NCBI RefSeq assembly: GCF_021869535.1
Contig: NW_026262581.1
Span: forward strand, 121,024,001 to 121,088,000
Direction: 5' to 3'
DNA length: 64,000 bases
From: Mytilus californianus
Lineage: Eukaryota
The notes below the pieces were generated by a model that worked only from the letters and a program-made list of their open reading frames with translations, made no database searches and had not been told where the DNA came from. The stretch's first letter is position 1. Each line of letters starts with the position of its first letter. Both the position numbers and the translations under genes were made by a program. Shown here piece by piece: positions 1-11,106 of the stretch.

Positions 1-346
1 TAAATGGCAATACACAGTCCATCTAACAATATAAGGTACAAGTCAATATAATGTCCATCTAGCAATATAAGGTAAATGGCAATACACAGCTCATCTAACA
101 ATATAAGGTACAAGTCAATATAATGTCCATCTAGCAATATAAGGTAAATGGCAATACACAGCCCATCTAACAATATAAGGTACAAGTCAATATAATGTCC
201 ATCTAGCAATATAAGGTAAATGGCAATACACAGTCCATCTAACAATATAAGGTACAAGTCAATATAATGTCCATCTAGCAATATAAGGTAAATGGCAATA
301 CACAGTCCATCTAACAATATAAGGTACAAGTCAATATAATGTCCAT
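1..346 (-). CDS. ERMP1: Candidate repeat-expanded start of the next ERMP1 exon (continues off the window)
   Basis: Acceptor ttttttgttgccttatattgctag at 347-348; phase 1 matches the preceding exon (G|AT = Asp). DGLCIAIYLILL resembles human ERMP1 QGKFIAFYLLGM. Which of the 10 AG sites is used is unknown. Confidence 0.45.
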
Positions 347-360
347 CTAGCAATATAAGG
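1..360 (-). repeat. Tandem array of five 72-bp units (alternating 36-bp A/B subunits), truncated by the window edge; stop-free on the minus strand and resembling the start of the next ERMP1 exon
   Basis: Units start at 1, 73, 145, 217 and 289 with only 1-2 substitutions. The minus frame reads (LILL-DGHYIDLY-LILL-DG/ELCIAIY)n without a stop. Each 36-mer contains ccttatattgYtag|ATG. Confidence 0.95.
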
Positions 361-529
361 CAACAAAAAATATTATTTCCTATACTAAATTTATGTTTTC
401 TTCCTTATACTTTAACCTAAACCTATGACAAAAGATATTTTAAATAATCTGAACAAAGTAAAATTATATTTCAAAATGAAATTTGACAAAAAAAAATGTT
501 GCAAATTAACATTTATAAATAATACATAC

Positions 530-713
530 CTAGAGTATTATCTATTTTGAAAAATGGCATGACAACATATCTTGCTAAATATGGTCCTAATATCCATAAC
601 ATTGGCAAAAAAGCTGATGCAAAGTCCATGTAAGTTAGAAATAATGTTATCAAACAAAATATGATCATTGCTGCATCATGGTAAAGGGATTCCACATACC
701 AATCTGGTGTATT
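530..713 (-). CDS. ERMP1: ERMP1 coding exon 7 (transmembrane region; NTPDWYVESLY...FFKIDNTL)
   Basis: Acceptor ttccag at 714-715, donor G|gtatgt at 529; 184 nt, phase 0 to 1; similar to human ERMP1 FLVTLTYQGLCSAFISAVW. Confidence 0.85.
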
Positions 714-1843
714 CTGGAATAGAAATACCATAGTTACAAAATGTACATACTTAACAAAACTTCACACCACTGATGTCATAACCAAAATTTAGGATGAAAC
801 AAACTTAAATTTATTTTAATTATTAATAGATCAAACCTCTAGGTATTTACTTTGATAATGATGAAGTTTATAAAGGTAAATTTTACCTTTAAAATATCTA
901 AGTGCTTCTCTCAGATACTGATTAATGAAAGTTGATATAGGGCAAATAAAAGTAGTTTACTCATTCCAAAATCTGTATGTCTCTCCGAAGTCAGTTTTGA
1001 ACTATGCAATAAACATGTTTTATTCATTTTTTGTATTTTGTATTTTTTTCTTGTCATTTTTAGTGAAAGAAGAAAGTATGATCTGGGCACTTTGAATTAG
1101 AAAATCAAAAAGTAATATAAATCTACCAAATAACATCCTTCGCATGTTTATAAGACATTAGTCTTACAGACATAAGTATTTATATTTTTGAATTTTATCC
1201 TACATATTTGAGTTTGGACTTTTAAACTTCTTGCATTAGTGCAAAACTGCAAAAATTGCAAAAATAGCCTTTTGAGATCTTGCCATAACTATTAAGATAT
1301 GTCACAGTTTTGCCTCAAAAGATATTTTTCTACAAGATATTTTTTACAAAGATGTTAATGTTAATTTTGACCACGTTTTTGCAGCATAGTGAAATCACAA
1401 GTGACCTTTGTGCACTACATGTCCAGATACTCATTTATTAATAAAATCAACCTAATTTTGAAAGGCCTGAATCATTCTACTATTTTTGCAATTTCAGGGG
1501 TCAAATAATGGCTCTTATCATACCTCCTCCTTTGTAGATTTCCTTTCCTGAAGTTGATATGGTTTTTATAAAGCTGTATAGAAACTTTGTCTTTTTCTTT
1601 TAGTACGGTGCATTAAAGCGATTTCAGGAATTTTAAATCTTTTCCAAGGGATTTTATTTGATATCTTTATATGATCACATACTCTACTCCATATTTTATC
1701 GAATTTCATAAAACCATACATACCATTATCTTATTTTTTGTACTTTGTTTTTTGTTTTGTAGTTTAAGACTGTGATTTTTCGCTTCTTTCAGATGTGTAA
1801 AGTACATTAATCATGGTCATATTTTCTTCAAAACCTTTTTTAC

Positions 1844-2070
1844 CTTATAAATTGTATGTTTCAGCAGATAATGGAATGCTAAGATGATATTAATTGACAT
1901 GACACCATACACAAGTATGATATTGTATGTCCTTGAGAACCAAAACATAGGATGTCCCAGTAAGTCAACTGTAACTCCAACAATGGCTGCCACTCCAGAC
2001 AACAATATCCAACATACTAATGACAGAACTAAAGCTTGTAGTAAGGTTTTGTCTGTTGATACATCCTGAT
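1844..2070 (-). CDS. ERMP1: ERMP1 coding exon 6 (transmembrane region)
   Basis: ttttcag acceptor at 2071-2072, AAG|gtaaaa donor; 227 nt, phase 1 to 0; LLGHPMFWF...VYG resembles human LIGQSLSWY...LYG. Confidence 0.85.
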
Positions 2071-2152
2071 CTGAAAATGTATAATCCCAATTATAACTAT
2101 ACAGACCAAATGGCACATTCTTTTCTGTTTACTACAAGGTACACTCATGATA

Positions 2153-2232
2153 GATACCAGGCTAAAATTTTGTATGCCTGAGACGCTTTTTGTCTACAAT
2201 AGACACATCAGTGACACTCGAATTAAAAGAGT
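2153..2232 (+). repeat. Fragment of a dispersed repeat (longer copy at 60988-61250)
   Basis: gatagataccaggct(t)aaaatt...gtctacaa shared with the start of the 60988 copy. Confidence 0.6.
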
Positions 2233-2653
2233 ATGATTCTTTTCTGTTATGGTTTCAACCAGTAATTACATTGTAGACTGTGGTTAAAATATGATTACCT
2301 CAGCTATTGAAAATCTACATTTAAAAAGGTGGGTAAAAAACAGAATTAATTGCAACATTAATTTATAGCTACCCATTACACAACTGCATATGAAAATATT
2401 AGAACAAAATTTACTGGACTCAAATTATCTAAATCAAATGCCATATTTCTGTGGAAGTATTTCAAACCAAGGATTATACATATCCTTGGTCAAACAAAAT
2501 GAAATGAAAATTCATCCAACACCTGCTCATTATCTAACATTAAAAAATAACCTCATCATATGTCGGTTCTATAAAAAACAATTGAGTTAAGTCAGTAATT
2601 CTCCATTTTGGAACGTCAGAATGATCGATTATGATATGACCTGTCGATATAAA

Positions 2654-2836
2654 TACTGTAAATTGAGAAATTATGTAGATGTTTTTATTAATACGATAAT
2701 GCGACAGTATCCGGTTCGCAATTATAAAAGCTTGCATTCATAATTTCAGTAGTGATTTTCCTTTACAAAATTTTTAAATCCGTTTTCAGTGATTCACAAT
2801 AATAAATGCACACATTAATTTCTGAAATTTACAGTA
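2654..2836. mobile_element. TA-flanked MITE (Tc1/mariner-like)
   Basis: Terminal inverted repeats tactgtaaatt...aaatttacagta; related copy at 43743-43915. Confidence 0.7.
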
Positions 2837-2923
2837 ATAGAACCCTTTAATGGTCATCCATCACTACTACTTCACTCACAATTAGACAAGACCTGTAGAT
2901 ATATACTAATTTGTAAAACTCAC

Positions 2924-3145
2924 AACTTAGGATCCTCTTAGTCTTAATCTTGTATTTCAACAGTAGAGTCACTGAAACAATCGCAAGAAGACCACAGTTA
3001 AATACAGCTCCTATTCTGCTAGGATAATAAATCATAAACAGTCCTAAAAAATCAAAGAACACCATAGTTCCATGCTGATCTGCACCAGGGTCCTCAAGTT
3101 GCTCATTGGAACACAGGTTTTTTATCACACTCAATAAATTGTCTC
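2924..3145 (-). CDS. ERMP1: ERMP1 coding exon 5 (GDNLLSVIK...HGTMVFFDFLGLFMIYYPSRIG)
   Basis: ttgtag acceptor at 3146-3147, T|gtgagt donor at 2923; 222 nt, phase 1 to 1; matches human [22 protein letters not shown]. Confidence 0.92.
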
Positions 3146-3605
3146 CTACAACAAAAAATAAAGGAAATTTTAGTTCAAAGTATATTTTTACTTTCTTTAT
3201 GAAAGCTCCATCTTAAATAGTTAGAATGCTTCTTAAATATGATCAGATATGACTAATCTGTCAACTTGTCTAATAATGTAATGAATAAACACAGACTATT
3301 AAAACCAATCATTGTTTGACAATTTTCTCTTCATGAGAGTTTTGAGGTCACTTTGTTAAAAGACAAGGTTTAGCATCCTGTATGTATTAGATATACCTTT
3401 GATGGCTTAAGTCGTATAGGCTAGGGTATATCTAACTTACACCTTGATGTTATGGTTAATGCAAAATGATGATAATCGATTATTTAAAGAGGGATCTTTA
3501 GGAATTTGTCCTTATTTTTGGATAAAACATTTTAAATGCATGTTATCAAATTAGAGAAATTATATTTAATGACATCATGGTGTAATCAATACTACCCGTA
3601 ACCAG

Positions 3606-3731
3606 GACTGGGTTGCAAAAACATCAATTAACAAAATGTGTAAGTGTAAATTAAATCATTTACAACAGATTTAAGTAACACATAAAATTTTAATGTCATT
3701 TAACGTTAATTGATGTTTGCGCCACCCAGTC
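3606..3731. mobile_element. 126-bp MITE with 3-bp CAG target-site duplication (PIF/Harbinger-like)
   Basis: TIR gactgggttgcaaaaacatcaattaac vs gactgggtggcgcaaacatcaattaac; CAG at 3603-3605 and 3732-3734. Confidence 0.75.
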
Positions 3732-4881
3732 CAGATATCTGAATACTACCTATAGGATTAACCGGATTTATCATTCTGTTATAATAGTTATAAATACATA
3801 CTCACCAGTATGCTAAATACTGGCCAATGGAATGCATCCTGGTTTATCTTTTTTGTGTAATATTTATATTTACTGACCAGCATTCTGAATATTACCTGGT
3901 AGGATACATTTGTAAATCATGCTTTATCATTTAGTTTACAATAGTTATACATACTCACCAGTTCTCTGAAATTCTTAATACTGTGAGATGGGATACACCC
4001 AGGTTTATGTCAGTATGTAATAAGTACTCACCAGCTCTCTGAATACTGCTTGATGGATTTATCATTTTGTATGTAATAAGAACTCACTAGCGACTTATTT
4101 CACAAAACATTTTTTGAGAAAATTAGCTCGGAAATCATGAACATTTCCGTATAACTTACAATCAATACTTATCGTAAAATTTTTTGTGAAAAGAGCCCCA
4201 GCACTTTAAATAGTGCCTAATGGGATATACTGTGGTTTATCATTCTGTATGCAACAAGTGCTCACCAGCCCAGAGCATACTGTTTAATGGGATACACCCA
4301 GGTTTATGTCAGTATGTTAAAAGTACTCACAATTTTTCTGAATACTGCCTAATGGGATACACTGTGGTTTATCAGGCAGTATGTTATAAGCACCAGCTCT
4401 CTGAATACTGTTTGATGGGATATACTTGGTTTATCAGTCAGTATGTAATAAGTACTCACCATCTCTCTGAATACTGCCTGATGGGACTGCCTGATGGGAT
4501 ATACTTGGTTTATCAGTCAGTATGTAATACGTACTCACCATCTTTCTGAACACTGCCTAATTGGATACACTGTGGTTTATCAGTCAGTGTGTTATGAACA
4601 CTCACCAGCTCTCTAAATACTGCCAGATGGGATATACTTGGTTAATCAGTCATTATGTAACAAGTACTCGCCATCTCTCTGAATACTGGCTGATGGGATA
4701 TACTTGGTTTATCAGTCAGTATGTAATAAGTTCTCACTAGCTCTCTGAATACTGCCTATGAGATAGACAGTGGTTTATCATTTTGTATTTTATTAGTACT
4801 CACCGGCTCTCAGAATGAATACTGCATATGGGATGCATATGGGATACCCAGGTTATCAGTTAGTATGTAATAAGTACTCAC
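3732..4881 (-). repeat. Degenerate ~65-bp tandem array (about 16 units) copying the 3' half of ERMP1 exon 4 plus its splice donor
   Basis: The minus-strand unit cagaatgataaaccacagtatatcccatcaggcagtattcagagagctg|gtgagtacttattacata closely matches the exon end and donor at 4876-4930. Divergence increases away from the exon. Confidence 0.9.
4091..4198. mobile_element. 108-bp MITE-like insertion in the donor array
   Basis: Imperfect TIR cgacttatttcacaaaa vs gggctcttttcacaaaa; flanked by TAG/CAG at the unit's CAG position. Confidence 0.5.
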
Positions 4882-4974
4882 CCGCTCTCTGAATACTGCC
4901 TGATGGAATATACTGTGGTTTATCATTCTGTGTATGATAAATGTAGCCATTGGCAATATAAGCAATATCTAAAC
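4882..4974 (-). CDS. ERMP1: ERMP1 coding exon 4 (GLDIAYIANGYIYHTQNDKPQYIPSGSIQRAG; Zn-ligand His)
   Basis: Not in the ORF track; translated by hand. tttcag acceptor at 4975-4976, G|gtgagt donor; 93 nt, phase 1 to 1; matches human GIDLAFIENGYIYHTKYD...SIQRAG. Confidence 0.95.
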
Positions 4975-5883
4975 CTGAAATGTAAATGGAAATTTCTCAA
5001 ACACTACTGGTTAGGATCCAGATAGAGTCTGTAACCAGTTTCCATCACATATTATTAAACATACGAAAAACATAATGCATATATACAGCAAACTGATGTT
5101 TACTTCATATAAATATTTTTATTTTATTCATAAAAAATAAGTTTTGTTGTTTTTGGTACAGACAGGAAAATGCAGAGTTTTATGTTGTTTTTAATGGATT
5201 TTCGGAAGGTATATAACTTTATGTTGTCCTCAATTATATAAAACTTAATGTTTCCACACTTAATGTTTCCACACAGAGCACTAGCTTGCATTATTATAAT
5301 TTTTTTGTTAAAAGTATCACAATCAGACTTTATACTCCCCTACATCATAGTATACAAAATGTATAATTCTGATTTCAAGTGAAACAAACTCTTGATAAAT
5401 TCATATATATAGAGTGAAGAAGATCACACATTTTCCTTTCTTTTTTGCCACACAACATTGCACAATAGAAAAATGTGATATTTCAGATTATTAAGTGAAA
5501 ATTTCTGGCATTTAGCAGACAAATTCAAAATTCGTACGTATTTGCCAAAATCTTGGTTACCTAATTTTGATAGAAGGCTGTCCTACTATCCTATGCATTT
5601 TCAATTTATACAATTGTAAGGTAATTTAATATCTAAAAACTTAATATGGATTTTAACTTTATAACCCAGTTGTCATGACCAACATTTGGTCAGCAGCTGT
5701 TATAATCCCCTCTACATGTATATATCCTTGCACAAATGGAATGAATAGGGAAAATGGACAAATTGTGTAAAGTAAAAAAGGTATGAACTAAAGAAGCTGT
5801 GGGGATTGGGTGGTATAATCTACATAACTTCACCAAGAATGTGAATTCTAAAGGTTATCATACCATAAGAATTAATATATTAC

Positions 5884-6030
5884 CAGGAAGATTTCCAAAG
5901 TCTCTGAATATTCTATAATCTGTATCAGAAGGAATGACACCACTCTGGAAGATCTCTTGACCCACTATGGAAGCATAAGGATATAATGCTGACTCAGCAT
6001 ATGCCTTGACTAACCATGGGTGTTCTGGTC
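5884..6030 (-). CDS. ERMP1: ERMP1 coding exon 3b ([11 protein letters not shown]...[15 protein letters not shown])
   Basis: ttttag acceptor at 6031-6032, G|gtaata donor; 147 nt; near-identical to human GPENPWLV...PSDTDFRIYRDFGNIP. Confidence 0.95.
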
Positions 6031-6639
6031 CTAAAATAAGAAACACCTACTGATAAAAGTAATACCTATGGTCGTGACTACATTTATACAATTTAAGTTA
6101 ATTAAATAGTTTAAACTTTCAGTGCTTTCAATAGTCATTTGTTGTTTAATTTGTCCTTATGTTCATAAAAACTTTCAACAAAAAGAAACAATATGTACTC
6201 CAAAATGACATCAAACTTTCTATATGACTTTTTCTATATACCTGTAAGTTATTCTAAAATTGAGAATGGAAATGGGGAATATGTCAAAGAGACAACAATC
6301 CGACGAAAGAGCAGACAACAGCCGAAGGCCACCAATGGGTCTTCAACGCAGAGAGAAAATCCCGCACTATACTGTTATAGATGGCACCCAAGGAAAGCAC
6401 TTTGAAGTGAGTACTTACTTACTGACAAGACTGAATAAACTTCATTGATTTTTGTTTTAAGGGTAAAGTTAGGAACCAACCAAAAGATGTGATTTCCAAG
6501 TGCCTATCCCAGGTGTCCGGAATGCTAAAAATGCAACAGCCTTTGCAAGCAAGATTATGTTATTATTTGCAGAATTTTATAGTATTAAAGCTTAAAGAAT
6601 TTTGAGCAATACATGTATACATCAAAGGGGATAACCAGG

Positions 6640-6893
6640 ATTGATTGATTGACTGGTGTTTAACGCCACTTTCAGCACTTTTGGCTATTTCATGGCAGTT
6701 AGTTTTTTTTGAGTGGAGGAAGCCGGAGTGCCCAGAGAGAACCACTGACCTTCGGGAGGAACTGACAATCTTTGTCAATTATAATTGGAGTCGAGTACAC
6801 CTGCACGGGCGTGGTTCAAACACACAACCTCAGTGTAGACAGGCTAGTATAGATGAACTACTTAGACAACTCGACCACCAAGATCAACATTAT
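6640..6893 (-). mobile_element. tRNA-derived SINE with V/Meta-type central domain and (TCAA)n tail
   Basis: Minus strand: A-box-like tggtcgagttgtctaag, B-box-like gtttgaacc, core ggttctctctgggcactccggcttcctccac; second copy at 58289-58540. Confidence 0.75.
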
Positions 6894-7000
6894 CTATAGC
6901 TGAAGAAAGGTCTATAAACTTATTGTTAAACTATACATTGATAAGTTGTAACAAATATGGGTGGTAAAAAATTCTAATTTCTTGTTATGGAATAGAAATA

Positions 7001-7294
7001 ACAAGTGAATCTGTGAGCTACTGCTCACTAATGATACCCCCGCCCGCTAAAAGTATAAACAGGAAGTTGTTAAGTGATGAATCTGAAAACGCATCACACG
7101 GTATAGCTGACTTATATAAACCCTGAAACCAAATTTCAGAAATCCTTGTATTGTAGTTCCTGAGAAAGATGCGAAGAAAAATATTCATGGGACGGACGGA
7201 CGGACTGATGGACTGACGGATGGATGGACTGACGGATGGCTGGAAGGACGGATGGATGGACGGACAGACAGAGGTAAAATAGTATACCCACACT
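7001..7294 (-). mobile_element. Helentron-type non-autonomous element (HINE-like) with GTCY microsatellite
   Basis: Terminal stem-loop tatacccc...ggggtata, (GACG/GATG/GACA)n tract at 7190-7270, ACAAG end. Confidence 0.7.
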
Positions 7295-7443
7295 TTTTTA
7301 AAGCGGGGGTATAAATATAAGTTTCAACTTTATTAGTCTATCATAATACATCAATATATAGCAATATATACATGTAGTTATCAAGCCAGTGACACAAGGC
7401 TTTTGATTACAGTTTGTGCAATCTTCACCCCAAAAACACGTAC

Positions 7444-7549
7444 CAGTTTGGAAGACTATTTCCCAACCTCCAGCTCCTGCTGAATCTAAGTTTATAAAAG
7501 CTTTGATAGATGGAACCCATGAATGATGTGTTATAAAACCATGACTTGC
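7444..7549 (-). CDS. ERMP1: ERMP1 coding exon 3a ([11 protein letters not shown]...[19 protein letters not shown])
   Basis: Hand translation; ttttag acceptor at 7550-7551, G|gtacgt donor; 106 nt, phase 0 to 1; human equivalent is ASHGFITQHPW...AFINLEAAGVGGKELVFQT. Confidence 0.95.
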
Positions 7550-8191
7550 CTAAAAATAGAGTATCCATCGATTAACAAGAGAACAAATATGACATATATT
7601 TGTAATAAAACAAATTTTAAGCTTCAATTATAACTGGGCATTTCTTTCAAGGGCAGAAATGTTCAATGGAAAAACTGTTTGACCTTTGGAATGACTGTGA
7701 CAGTGTTTATAACAGAAAATTATGATGTCCTGAATATTTTTCTCTATTATAAGCTTATTGATCTCTACAAATTCTGTGTCTGTCATCATACTTTGATCTG
7801 ATTTTTTTTAATGTAGCCCTACTGCAGGGAATGATTAGATCCCATATTTAACTGTGAAGGTCCTATGCCAAGATTTTAGATTTATGATAGCTTTATATTA
7901 CAACATTTAGAAGAAGATTTGATCTTCACTTTATCATTTCATTTGACAATTGTATGTAGTAAACATGTACATATACATAAATTTAAAAACATCAAAATTT
8001 ACAGTTAAATTGTTTACCAAACACTTCTTAAACAAGTGTTTTGAATGATTGTCAAAACCATACCGCACATATTGATAAGCAATGCAGTCAATAAGTATTT
8101 ACATGTATTACATGATTTCTCCCTTCCAAAAACTGACTTAAAGCAATGAATATTACTGTGAAGCTGAAATGTAATGTTTATACATTCAAAC

Positions 8192-8319
8192 CTGCAAAAT
8201 ATTTTCTTCTGCTCCATTAAATAAGAATATAATGTTGTGTTTGAGAGGGTCTTTTGATATATACAGAACTCGCAGCAGTTCTAACATAACCGCACAGCTA
8301 GCAATATTGTCTCCAGCTC
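8192..8319 (-). CDS. ERMP1: ERMP1 coding exon 2 ([17 protein letters not shown]...[14 protein letters not shown]; M28 Zn ligands)
   Basis: Hand translation; ttttcag acceptor at 8320-8321, CAG|gtttga donor; 128 nt, phase 1 to 0. Confidence 0.95.
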
Positions 8320-9514
8320 CTGAAAAGAAGTTATATCACAAGTTTAATCACAGAAAAAACATGTACAATTATTGATTCAGAATTATAAATATTATTAAAA
8401 AAATTTGCTAAAGGTATTGTAAAATATGTATTCTAATATGATATGCTGCTTTTGCTTTTTACAATGTTGTAAACAACAGCATGATAAATTTCTCGATAAT
8501 ATTTAGTGCAGACTCACAAATGTTCATATTTCTGGCTGTTGCAGTTTAAAACATGATGTCCTAAGAATGAAATCTCTCAAGCTGAAGGTTATTCCTTTAC
8601 ATGTACACATCAAATTCTGATAATAATTCATTAAAATGGAGTTTCTGAGGTAGGTGTAGCTTCATTATTGATTCTCTTGCAGTGACATCACCCTACTAGT
8701 TACGAAAATTGTTTTTCTTTTGATCATGTTGATAATTTGATGGTCAGTTACATTTATTATAGGCTGATGCAGTAAACTATAACCATAACAGCTACATAAT
8801 GTTTTGAATCTGAATCTGTTATTAATTACATTACAATAACATGTAAAAGAATTGGTATTCACGGTTTTTAATCTTTTGATTTTTCAAATGTGAAGAAATT
8901 AATTTATATTTATTAAATGAGAATGAAGATCATTATACATTCTATAAAACTTTGCTGTATTTAGCAATAACATGTATTAATTTTCTTACACATTATACTT
9001 ATTTAAAACAATTAAAGTATAAAAAGAAATTCAAATCAAAGTAACTAATGCATACAATTTTTTTTTTTAAATGTAGTATACATGTGTGAGTGCATCAGAG
9101 AAACAAGAAATGTTTTAAAACTACAATGTTATTGAATGTAATTCAAAAGTAATTCATATAAACTACATCATCAACATGCCAAAAACAATGAAAAAGGCAA
9201 TACAATTCATTACTTTCAATTACATGTAATTGAAAATATGCTCAATAACACATTATCATGATTACCAGGGCTGCCAAGTCTCATGCATTTTCATGCTTAT
9301 TTGGTGGCATTTTCCTTTGATTTATTGTTTTTTTCTCTTTGTTCTTTACAATTTTGGTCTAATCTCACGGATTTGCTTCATGAAAACTTGGCAGTACTGC
9401 ATTACTTTAAATTACTTTCAAATTCTAATTAATTACAGGTAATTACAATAACAGTTTTGATTACCCCAGGTCTGGTTATTACATAAATAGATGAAATATT
9501 GTAGGATTAAATAT

Positions 9515-11099
9515 TGTCTGCCATGAAATTATGTCTACCGGATACTTTTTCACAATAAATTGTGTCCACGGACATAATGTTATTATGAAATATTGTCCAG
9601 ACGATATTTACCTATGAAATCGTGTCCACAGATGTGAAAATGTGTCCTTCAATGAACGGACAATATTTCATATGAAAAAGTGTCCTTCTGGTAGAAAGGA
9701 CAGTATTTCACGTGAAAAAAGTGTCCATGCTCAATACCTACAAAATGTATACATAGCTTCAGTTCTTTATCTAAATTGAACTTTTAAAATTAGCATGGGG
9801 GGTTTGTCTCCATCAAAACATGGCATGTAAACTGGAGTATTTAATTCTTACAAAATGTGATCATCACCATGTGTAATTAAACATATATTATACAATAAAA
9901 CAATACCCTCTCTTTTTTTTCAATAGTTGTAAAGTACAGTTCATCATTGTTTATTTCATAGTTGGGTGCTTTTCTTTTGATACTTCTTTTTCATTGTCAA
10001 TTGAGGCTAGTGAATACTTTTTGTCGACATCTTTATAGCTAAGATAATTGAAAATTCTTTGGAATTCAACACATTCCATTTTTGTTTATATCAAATTATA
10101 ACTGGTTCTAAATTGGTTTGTTTGTAATAAAAAAATAAATATAGCTAAAACATTTCAGAGGTTTTTTTTTATTATCTCCCTTCAAAGGACACTTAAGTGT
10201 CCTCTGATTGAAAATAAACCTTGACAAGACATAATTCAATAGTATTGTATCATGAAATTATGTCCGATTGAATGGACACTTTTTCACAGCATCGGACACA
10301 TTTAAGGTAGCACAATACAAAGATTTTATACCTCCAACTCCCCAGTTTTAAAATGCTGTAACTTTCTTTATAATGCTTGAAAATTTATAAAAGTGGTATT
10401 TATGGATAGCTAACAGATTACTCTTTCAAATTAATGCAATGTTAGTATTGTACAACAATTATGTAATTAATTATAATTTTAACTGTGTCTACAAAATTTT
10501 ACAAGAAATTTCCACTTTTAATTGAAATTAGCTTCTTCATGGATACCCCGAGAGGGTTGATTTTATAATATGTTGTTCCTAGAGCCATTATCTACAAAAA
10601 GGTGTCTCAGATTTTGGATAGAATGTATAGATCAAATTTTACACCTAATCAAATAATCTTACTTTTATGTGGTAAGGATGTTTACACTAATTACAGATTT
10701 ATGAGAGAATGGAATACGATAGCGATAATTTGAGAAACCCTTTTGTAGCTCCTGCTGTGTTGATTAAGATAACGTTAAAATTTCTTCTGTAGTTATAGAG
10801 ATGTCATAGCTAAATTCATTCAAGTGAACTGACCAAGATTTTGCCATTAATTGCATAATAATTGATTACATAATGATTGCATAACAAAAATATTGCATTC
10901 ATTTAAAAGATTTATCTTTTTTATCTATCTATATATACCTCTTTTATTAATTTGTATGCAGTCATAAGCAAGTAACATCATTTTAAAGGTTGGAGATTGG
11001 AAGTAAAAAAATCTTTGTATTGTGTTACCTTAAATATACTTTTTCTGTGAAAAAGTGTCCGCATGGACACTATTTCACAGGACACTTTTATGGCTCACA
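9515..11099 (-). mobile_element. Decayed Ginger1-like DNA transposon (TGT...ACA ends, 4-bp ATAT TSD)
   Basis: Imperfect TIR tgtctgccatgaaa vs tgtgagccataaaa; ATAT at 9511-9514 and 11100-11103; ggacac/gtgtcc subterminal repeats. A frameshifted minus-strand remnant at 9890-10079 (MECVEFQRIFNYLSY...SIKRKAPNYEINNDELYF) resembles the GIN1/Ginger N-terminus. Confidence 0.65.
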
Positions 11100-11106
11100 A
11101 TATTAC

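Noticed and set aside
1-360. CRISPR-like appearance of 36-bp periodic repeats
   Set aside because: Units abut with no unique spacers, there are no cas genes, and the context is a eukaryotic intron/exon.
4220-4549. 109-aa plus-strand ORF with repeated YCLMGYT
   Set aside because: It is the antisense read of the exon-derived donor array; no independent gene signals.
7444-8319. ERMP1 as a catalytically altered enzyme (NLD rather than NLE; GDN rather than SDD)
   Set aside because: All metal-ligand positions remain H, D, EE, D and H, and these variants are within normal M28 family variation.
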